Source: a virus
Virus record (IMG/VR): IMGVR_UViG_3300028197_000982
Coordinates: 10,923 to 74,922 of that record
Length of the DNA stretch: 64,000 nt
Strand: one strand, 5' to 3'
Position 1 is the stretch's first letter. Every line of letters begins with the position of its first letter. Below the pieces are notes generated by a model. It made no database searches, was not told the DNA's origin, and was given only the letters and a program-made list of their open reading frames with translations. Shown here in pieces: positions 48,438 through 55,883 of this stretch. A program made the position numbers and the translations under genes.

Positions 48438-51400
48438 ATGAAAGAGTTAACTCAAATTTATAAAGATGCAGGCCAACAATTAATAGAAGATCTTTTTAAA
48501 GATTATCTCGTAGTATCCGAAAAACTATCTGGTTCTTCATTTTCATTTAAGAAAGACGGTGAAGGGATTACTTTTTATAAAGGTGGAAACCAAAAGCCTA
48601 TTAACTTAATTGATAGGACTATAATGGTTTATTATGAAAAGCCTATTAATTTTATAAAATCTGTAACTAGCAAAAATCTTTCTTCCATTCCTGAGAATTG
48701 GAAGTTCTGTTTTCAATATTTTGTAAATACTAATCCTGGTATTATTACTTATGATAGGCTACCTAAAAATAATTTAGTACTTACTCATATTAAAGTGATG
48801 ACGCCAGCCGGTAAAGTTACAAAGGTTATAGAAGATCCTAGAGTAATTAGAGACTGGGCAAATGCGTTAGGTGTTACTCCACTACTTCCATTATTTAAAG
48901 GTTACTTAACAGAAGATCAAAAGAAAAAAATAAAGGAATTTTTAGACACGCCAAAAGAAGATCATGCTGAAATTTTTAGTACTAATTCTTTTGCTGAATA
49001 TTTACTTAGAATTTTAAATCCTAATATTCAATCAACAACTCTACAAAATGATCTTAAGAAGCCTATAGAATCTATTGTATTTAAATTTTATAAATCTGGT
49101 ACCAAACAAGTTATTGCTGCTAAATTAATAGATCCCTATACAATTAACCTAATGAAAGAAAAGGAACCTATCGATATGAGAAAGGCTCCTGCTGATATTA
49201 ATGAAATTATTCTATTAGATCTTTTAGCATTTATAGAAGAAAGAGGAATTAAGAAGCATGAGATTTTAGGTGATGCTGAAGATACAAGATATATTGAACT
49301 AGTTTCAAATATATTTAATGACTATGTAACCAAAAGAGGTAAGGATATTGCAAAGATTGATATTGAAAAGGCTGATTTTGCTAAAGGTAAAGAATTTGAT
49401 TTAAATGTAGAATTAATACCAAGCCAAAGAACTAAAGATATCCTTAATAGTAATCCTAAGCTAAAAGACTTATTTAAAATAATACTAGGTTCTTTAAAAA
49501 AGAAAAGAAAGAATGCTGGTAATATTATGACGCCATCTGTTATTGAAGATTTTAATAAAATGGTAGATAAAGTAACTGATGTAATTCAAACAAAAGATGA
49601 TGGTAAATTTAAAACTTTTGATGATTACTTAAAAATTAAATCTACTAATGAATCTCTTTTGCCTAACGCTGAAGAACTATTAATTGAAGATAAAGTTTTA
49701 GACTATAACAACTTTATTAATTTAGGTAAAGTTATTGTAGAAGATAGTAGAAAGAGTGGTGAAATTTGGAAAACCTCAACAGGGTTTAGAGGGCAGGATG
49801 CTAACGGTGATAGAAAAACATTTAAGTCTAAAGAACAGACTCAATCGTGGATAAAAACCGGAAGAGAGGATGTTAATAAAGAACCTACTGAGAAAACCAA
49901 AGAATTTGATATTTCTACAATTGATAAAAAGAAAAGCCCTGGGGCATTTAAACTAGCATCAAAATTAAATAAAGTAAAAGATCCTAAACAAAGAAAAGAG
50001 GCAGAGAAAGTAATTAAGTCACTAAACGATTTTGAATCTGCTGATACTGATGCAGATAAAAAGAAAGCATTAGAAGAACTAATTAAAAATGGTGACCTTA
50101 ATAGAAATGCAACTGGTTCTAAAACAGATAAAATTTACTTGGGCCAGCCAAAGGACAATGATAAATTTAGAACAAACCAAAAAACTGGTTTGCCTTATAA
50201 AAATTCAATAGGTGGTGATAGTTCTAAGCTTACTAACAGTATTCTTGATGAGGCTGATAGATTAGGTGTATCTTTTCCATTAAATGCTGAGTCTAAAAGA
50301 ATGGCCGGTGCAAGTGTTGCCCCTAATGCCATACATGTTGATGAAAAAGGTAAGCCAGCAAAACCAGCTAAAATAGAAACAATAGAGATTAAAGGTAAAG
50401 GTAAACCTGGTGATGATGATTATGAAGCTCCTGGTGTTCAGTTAGGTGGTAAAGATGGTTTAGTTATAAAAGAAACCCCACCACTTACTGGCAGTCAAAA
50501 ATCTGATTTAAAAGAAAAATTTAAAAAGGCAGATCCAACAAGAAGCGATGCCGAGATAAATAGGCTAGTATCAATTAATGAAGAATTTAGAAATCAAAAT
50601 AATAAAAAATTAGAAGCCATTAGATCTGGTGAGTTAACTATTGCCCCAATTATTAGAGAAGATGGTTCTGAGGTTAATGTATTTGATAAAAAAGGACAAA
50701 AGGAAGCTGTAGGTATAATTGCAAAGAATATGACTTCTAGGATAGATGATCTTCTTTCAAATCCACCAGGTTATGAAAAGAGTCCACAATTACAAAAAGG
50801 ATTAGATAGTTTTAAAAGTGCAGGTGAAGATTTTTCTAGTGGTAAAATATCAAAAGAAGAATTTAAAAAAGCATCTGATGAATTACTTATAGAACTAATG
50901 AATGATCCACAAGGTAGATATGGGGGTCCATTTTTACAAGAGACTCTTTTAATGGCAGAAGGATTAAGTGAAGGTCGTGCTGTGATATCACCTTCGTCTG
51001 CTAATTATAAAGTAGCAGACTTAGTAACATTTGATTCAGCTGAATTACCTGCTGATGCTACACCAGAGCAAATTAATGATTATGTACAACTAATGTCTGT
51101 TTCAGGTGGACCTACATCAATTAAACAGGGTAAAGGTGGAGCAAGTTCTTCTAATTCTAAAATAACCGCTACTGAATATGCAGACTATACAGATAATGAT
51201 GGTAAAGTTACAAAAGGTGCTGATGTTAGACAAGATTTAGAAAATTTAACATCAAAAGGTTTTGACAATATTTGGAATACACCATCAGCTCCTAATAAAG
51301 ATGGTAAATTTGAAACTTTAGATAAGTCTATAAAAGAAGGCGAAGAATTAGCCAAAAAATATGGGAGCACTGAGTTCTTAAAAGATAAAGGCATAATTCC

Positions 51401-51947
51401 ATTATCTAAAAAACAGCAAGAAAAATATGAAAAGAGAGCAAACCCTAAGAGAATTGAATCACTAAAAGAAAGTTATGCTAAAAAGAAACCACCTATCGAA
51501 CTATCGGATGATCAAGCAAAAGAGGTATTAATTAAAAGATGGCACGCAACAGATATAAATGGTTATTTAATGATGGATATTAATAATAAGCAACAAATGG
51601 CCCAAAGTTTTACCAATATATCAAGATCTGTAGAACCAGTGAACGGTGGTAATTCTGCAATGTCAGAAGAAGATGCAAAGAGAGATGACAATATTGTAAA
51701 AGATTCAAAAGGTAATCCTATTCCTATTGTAGATAAAGATGGGGTACCAGAAACAACTAGTAAAGGTACACCTAAATGGAGGAGACAAGAGAAGGTGGTC
51801 AAACAAGAAACTAATGGAATATCTCAATTAGCTTGTATGGATTATCAATCAACACCAGACTTTACTGATACGGGTAGACCAACTAATAAAATGCCAGCAT
51901 TTGTTAAAAAATGTTCTGATGAAAATAAGTGGATAGGAGATTCTTAG
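48438..51947 (+). CDS. Large protein: degenerate RNA-ligase-fold N-terminus plus charged C-terminal region with possible PD-(D/E)xK-like motif
   Basis: VSEKLSGS, FCFQY, IESIVFKF and AAKLID; internal FKTFDDYL...TNE; later LQE...PSSANYKVAD...TSIKQGKGGAS. Confidence 0.6.
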   Translation: MKELTQIYKDAGQQLIEDLFKDYLVVSEKLSGSSFSFKKDGEGITFYKGGNQKPINLIDRTIMVYYEKPINFIKSVTSKNLSSIPENWKFCFQYFVNTNPGIITYDRLPKNNLVLTHIKVMTPAGKVTKVIEDPRVIRDWANALGVTPLLPLFKGYLTEDQKKKIKEFLDTPKEDHAEIFSTNSFAEYLLRILNPNIQSTTLQNDLKKPIESIVFKFYKSGTKQVIAAKLIDPYTINLMKEKEPIDMRKAPADINEIILLDLLAFIEERGIKKHEILGDAEDTRYIELVSNIFNDYVTKRGKDIAKIDIEKADFAKGKEFDLNVELIPSQRTKDILNSNPKLKDLFKIILGSLKKKRKNAGNIMTPSVIEDFNKMVDKVTDVIQTKDDGKFKTFDDYLKIKSTNESLLPNAEELLIEDKVLDYNNFINLGKVIVEDSRKSGEIWKTSTGFRGQDANGDRKTFKSKEQTQSWIKTGREDVNKEPTEKTKEFDISTIDKKKSPGAFKLASKLNKVKDPKQRKEAEKVIKSLNDFESADTDADKKKALEELIKNGDLNRNATGSKTDKIYLGQPKDNDKFRTNQKTGLPYKNSIGGDSSKLTNSILDEADRLGVSFPLNAESKRMAGASVAPNAIHVDEKGKPAKPAKIETIEIKGKGKPGDDDYEAPGVQLGGKDGLVIKETPPLTGSQKSDLKEKFKKADPTRSDAEINRLVSINEEFRNQNNKKLEAIRSGELTIAPIIREDGSEVNVFDKKGQKEAVGIIAKNMTSRIDDLLSNPPGYEKSPQLQKGLDSFKSAGEDFSSGKISKEEFKKASDELLIELMNDPQGRYGGPFLQETLLMAEGLSEGRAVISPSSANYKVADLVTFDSAELPADATPEQINDYVQLMSVSGGPTSIKQGKGGASSSNSKITATEYADYTDNDGKVTKGADVRQDLENLTSKGFDNIWNTPSAPNKDGKFETLDKSIKEGEELAKKYGSTEFLKDKGIIPLSKKQQEKYEKRANPKRIESLKESYAKKKPPIELSDDQAKEVLIKRWHATDINGYLMMDINNKQQMAQSFTNISRSVEPVNGGNSAMSEEDAKRDDNIVKDSKGNPIPIVDKDGVPETTSKGTPKWRRQEKVVKQETNGISQLACMDYQSTPDFTDTGRPTNKMPAFVKKCSDENKWIGDS

Positions 51948-51980
51948 TATTAATTTGATAAGAGTGAATAAATAAAAAAA

Positions 51981-53357
51981 GTGTACATGGATAATCTAAA
52001 AAACATACAAGATTTTATAACAGAAAAAAGAGTTACTGTTAAGAGGAGATATACTGAAAGACACCCAGCTAAAAATGTATCTACTGCAGCTAGAGTTCGT
52101 TCTGCTATTTTAGATGCTGTTTCTGATGGTCATTTAACCGAAGATGAAGTTAATAATATTCTATCTGAAATTAAAGCTCATAAAAGATGGCTTAAAAGAA
52201 ATGTAGGATTATTTAATATTAGTGAAGATGAAACTGGAGTTAAGAGATATTCTTTATCACCTTATGGTCATAGAGTAAGAACCGCAACTGCCCCGATTAA
52301 TGAGGCTTTAAAAGTTCCTCATAAAGAACAAGGTAACAAAAAGGTTAATATGTTTGTTGGTAGATTCCAACCTTTTACATTAGGTCATGTTAAAGTATTT
52401 GAAAAAATGTACAAAGAAAATGGAAAACCTGTAGTTGTATTTTTAGTTAGAGGAAAAAACAACGATCCTGAGAAAAGACCGTTTGATGAAGAAATGCAAC
52501 AAGCAATGTTTGCTAAGATGGCAAAACAATATCCATTTTTAGAAACTGCTATTGTAGTTCCTAATGGTTCAATTGATACAATGTTTGCAGCTGCAAGGCC
52601 TGCTTATGAACCTGTGATGTGGGGATATGGGACAGATAGAAAAAAATCATACGGTGCAATGATTGACAAACAATCATACCGAGATCAATTAGGTGTAGAT
52701 CCTGATTTTAAAGGATATGAAATTTTTAGAACTGATGATAACATTTCAGCATCCAAAGTTCGTAATGCGTTAAAGATAGATGATGAAAAGACTTTTAAGA
52801 AAATGACTCCTAAAAGCATACATAGTTTTTATAAACCATTACAAAATATATTAGAACCAATAAAAGAAAATAACAATATGAAAAATTTAAAATCACTAAC
52901 AAGTTTTAGCATTGACGAATCTTTGAATGAAGGTAAAAAAGCTAAAGCAAAAAACCCTAATAAAGTAAACACTATAGATGTTGATTTATCTGGAGACGAT
53001 TCAGATATAATGGATGCAATTAAATCATTTAATCTAAAGGTTAAATCTAACGGAGCCAATAAAGGAACAGGGTATGATATGACAGGTAAAAATAAAGATA
53101 TTCTTGATTATTTACAAAGTGACTATTATGCAATAGATGCTAGCGATATTGAGGATATGTTTCCAGAATTATTAGAAGGTGAAATCAATGAAGAGTATAT
53201 TGAATTAATGCCAGAGATTGCAAATGCATTAGGTACAATTCAAATGGACTGGGACAGATGGAAAAATGGACCAGCAACAGAACCTTCTGATATTAAACCA
53301 GCAGCAAAAGAACTTAAAGGTTGGATTACTCGTTGGATGAAACAAAATATTAAATAG
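51981..53357 (+). CDS. HxGH-superfamily nucleotidyltransferase (phage cytidylyltransferase-like) with appended modules
   Basis: MFVGRFQPFTLGH, YGTDR and ISASKVRNAL; start may be the ATG at 51987. Confidence 0.8.
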   Translation: MYMDNLKNIQDFITEKRVTVKRRYTERHPAKNVSTAARVRSAILDAVSDGHLTEDEVNNILSEIKAHKRWLKRNVGLFNISEDETGVKRYSLSPYGHRVRTATAPINEALKVPHKEQGNKKVNMFVGRFQPFTLGHVKVFEKMYKENGKPVVVFLVRGKNNDPEKRPFDEEMQQAMFAKMAKQYPFLETAIVVPNGSIDTMFAAARPAYEPVMWGYGTDRKKSYGAMIDKQSYRDQLGVDPDFKGYEIFRTDDNISASKVRNALKIDDEKTFKKMTPKSIHSFYKPLQNILEPIKENNNMKNLKSLTSFSIDESLNEGKKAKAKNPNKVNTIDVDLSGDDSDIMDAIKSFNLKVKSNGANKGTGYDMTGKNKDILDYLQSDYYAIDASDIEDMFPELLEGEINEEYIELMPEIANALGTIQMDWDRWKNGPATEPSDIKPAAKELKGWITRWMKQNIK

Positions 53358-53584
53358 TGAATAATTTAATTAATGAAAATGAAGCAGGTACTGTTGGACT
53401 AAATCCTAATATGAATGTACAGGGTATGGGAGCAGTTGAGCTTCCTGGTGATCCTGGTTCTGCAAATTCTTTTGCTACACAAAAGGTTGGTAGTGGTGAT
53501 GATCCTGAGGGAAAAAAGAAAAAGAAAAAGAAAATGTTACTTTTATCATTTGATAAGTACATGGAACTTTTAAAATCAAAATAA
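53357..53584 (+). CDS. Small protein with poly-Lys and a C-terminal CTS-like motif
   Basis: GTG start overlapping the upstream stop; LINE; KKKKKKKMLLLSFDKYME. Confidence 0.6.
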   Translation: MNNLINENEAGTVGLNPNMNVQGMGAVELPGDPGSANSFATQKVGSGDDPEGKKKKKKKMLLLSFDKYMELLKSK

Positions 53585-53594
53585 ATAAGGTATA

Positions 53595-55844
53595 ATGGCA
53601 GTACTACCAAAATATCAATTAAAAGAATTATTTGAGGCTGGTGATTTAATAACACAATCTACATTAGATCAGTTTATTGAAGCATCATATAACCCTACAT
53701 TAGTAGCCGGCTCAAACGTAACTCTTACAAAAGTAACTACACCTAGTGGGGATACTATTACAATTTCATCAACAGGTGGTGGTGGCGGTGGTGCACCGAT
53801 CATAGAAGGTCCAGGTATTGATATTACAACTGTTGGATCCGATAAAAAGATCTCAATTGATTTAGATACTAGTCAAACTAATTTAATTATAAACGGAAGT
53901 AATGAATTAACTTTTGCAGGTACACATGTTCAGCAAGAAGGTACTGTCGTAGGTACTTATAAAACTTTTAATTTTGTAGGCACTGATGTATTAGCTGAGG
54001 ATAGTGGCACTCCTGGTAAAGTAAATGTTTATGTACCTAGACCAACGTTTGCATCTCACTTTAATACAACCGACGGTACAACTAATGGTATAGTAAGTGA
54101 AAGTGGAATTATTAGAAAAAATGTAAGAATTAGTTCACCTGTTGATGAAGCTTCAGGTACACCTTTTAAAACTGGTGGTTGGGCAGGGTCAACAAGATCA
54201 GCATTTAACAATACTACAACTGCAATAAATACTTTTACGACGGCTCAACAAGTTACAGGGTTTAGTGCCGATGCTAATGGTGATGCAACTATAACAGTAA
54301 CTGTGTATGATGCCAATGGTATTGATATTTTAAAACAATTTACAACAGGTACCCTTTTCCAAGATGGCCCTAATGCTAATACAGATAATAATATTGATGT
54401 AGTAATTTCACAATATGCAACAGATACTTCTAAGAATAAAGCAAAAGTTACAATAACTGTTAAAATGGCAGATATCTTTAGTGATGCTGCTAGAAGTGGT
54501 GGAAGATATTATGTTAAAGCAGTAATGAATACTGATACTGTATCCGATGCTGCCGGTACTTATACATATTCACAATCTGATGTGTTTTGGGATATTAATG
54601 ATTTAGGTGGGTATCCTTCAACTCCGGTAATTAATGGAACTGTTTCAATTATAGAATCAAGTACACCTTCACAAGTTAAAGTAAAGCACTTAAGTGGTGT
54701 AGAATATTATATTCTTAATTCTGAATTTATGATTGATGTTACTGACATTGATAATTTAAATAGTAATACACAAGGTAGAACTGGAAGTGATTCATGGAAC
54801 TTTGAAGCAACAGGTGAAGATTATGGATTAGATGTTCCTATTCAAGAAAGAGCATGGAGTGCAGTTGATGGTATTTTTATAGGTTGGTTTAATGAATATA
54901 ATACACTAAACATTGACTATGATAGAGATGATTGGCCAATTACAAATAATAATTTTAGATTTAGGAATGCTGATGCCAGTATTACATCACAGGTATTTGA
55001 TCCTTGGAATAATGGTTCAATAAAAACATCACCAGGAAAACCTATTCTTGTAGATACTTATGGAACAACCAGTAATAAATTAACCGAAAGATTTGATGAT
55101 GAAGCCGAGAGGCTAGAACGAACCGGTTCTTATACTGCATTTAATTCAGTATCAACATTAACAGGAACTGGTTTAGCTAACCAAACTACAAGCACATTAA
55201 CACCAGGACCGTTCTGTCAATCAGCAGTGGTTGGTGGTTCTATAGTTAGGCCAGATAAATTTTACGCTGATAATGGAGATTCTCCACAATATGCTACTTT
55301 AATATCTGATTTAAGTCAAGCTGTAAATCCATATAAGCCTAACGTAGGGGGTAATAATCCAAACTATAATACAGCAGCATATCAAGTAGCTGCAACTTAT
55401 CATAGATTATTTGAGGTTAAGGCGTCAAATCAAAATAGACCTATTGCATCTTTTGAATTAGCATTTAGTGGAGCATTTCCAGGTGGTAATGCATTAGCTT
55501 CATTGGTTAGTAATGATTTAAGAATTTATATAAGAAAGCTGGCAGCAACTTCCGGCTCAAATATAGGATATGCTGCAGTACCTCACTCCCTACATAATAC
55601 AGGCGAATTCAGCGGTTCTTATCAAGATCCACCGGCTGCCATAGATGACAATACACAATCACAATGTAGGCTAGGTTCTTCTGCAGCTAATATTATAGCT
55701 GGATCTTTCGGAAATACAGCTGCATTAAATGGATTTTATATAGAAGTACAGATACATAACCCAGCAATAAGAATTGACGGTATATCTGCAAAAGCAATTT
55801 TTAGTTCAGGTTCTCCTGCTAATGAAAGCGGTGGATCAATATAA
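53595..55844 (+). CDS. Putative fibre/virion protein, paralogue 1
   Basis: N-terminal LKELFEAGDLITQSTLDQFIEAS. Body shares SGV.YY, FRFR, DPW, ERF..E, FYADNG and GFYIEVQ motifs with the next two genes. Confidence 0.7.
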   Translation: MAVLPKYQLKELFEAGDLITQSTLDQFIEASYNPTLVAGSNVTLTKVTTPSGDTITISSTGGGGGGAPIIEGPGIDITTVGSDKKISIDLDTSQTNLIINGSNELTFAGTHVQQEGTVVGTYKTFNFVGTDVLAEDSGTPGKVNVYVPRPTFASHFNTTDGTTNGIVSESGIIRKNVRISSPVDEASGTPFKTGGWAGSTRSAFNNTTTAINTFTTAQQVTGFSADANGDATITVTVYDANGIDILKQFTTGTLFQDGPNANTDNNIDVVISQYATDTSKNKAKVTITVKMADIFSDAARSGGRYYVKAVMNTDTVSDAAGTYTYSQSDVFWDINDLGGYPSTPVINGTVSIIESSTPSQVKVKHLSGVEYYILNSEFMIDVTDIDNLNSNTQGRTGSDSWNFEATGEDYGLDVPIQERAWSAVDGIFIGWFNEYNTLNIDYDRDDWPITNNNFRFRNADASITSQVFDPWNNGSIKTSPGKPILVDTYGTTSNKLTERFDDEAERLERTGSYTAFNSVSTLTGTGLANQTTSTLTPGPFCQSAVVGGSIVRPDKFYADNGDSPQYATLISDLSQAVNPYKPNVGGNNPNYNTAAYQVAATYHRLFEVKASNQNRPIASFELAFSGAFPGGNALASLVSNDLRIYIRKLAATSGSNIGYAAVPHSLHNTGEFSGSYQDPPAAIDDNTQSQCRLGSSAANIIAGSFGNTAALNGFYIEVQIHNPAIRIDGISAKAIFSSGSPANESGGSI

Positions 55845-55883
55845 CAATGGTGAGTTTGAATAAATATAAAAAGAAATAATAAA

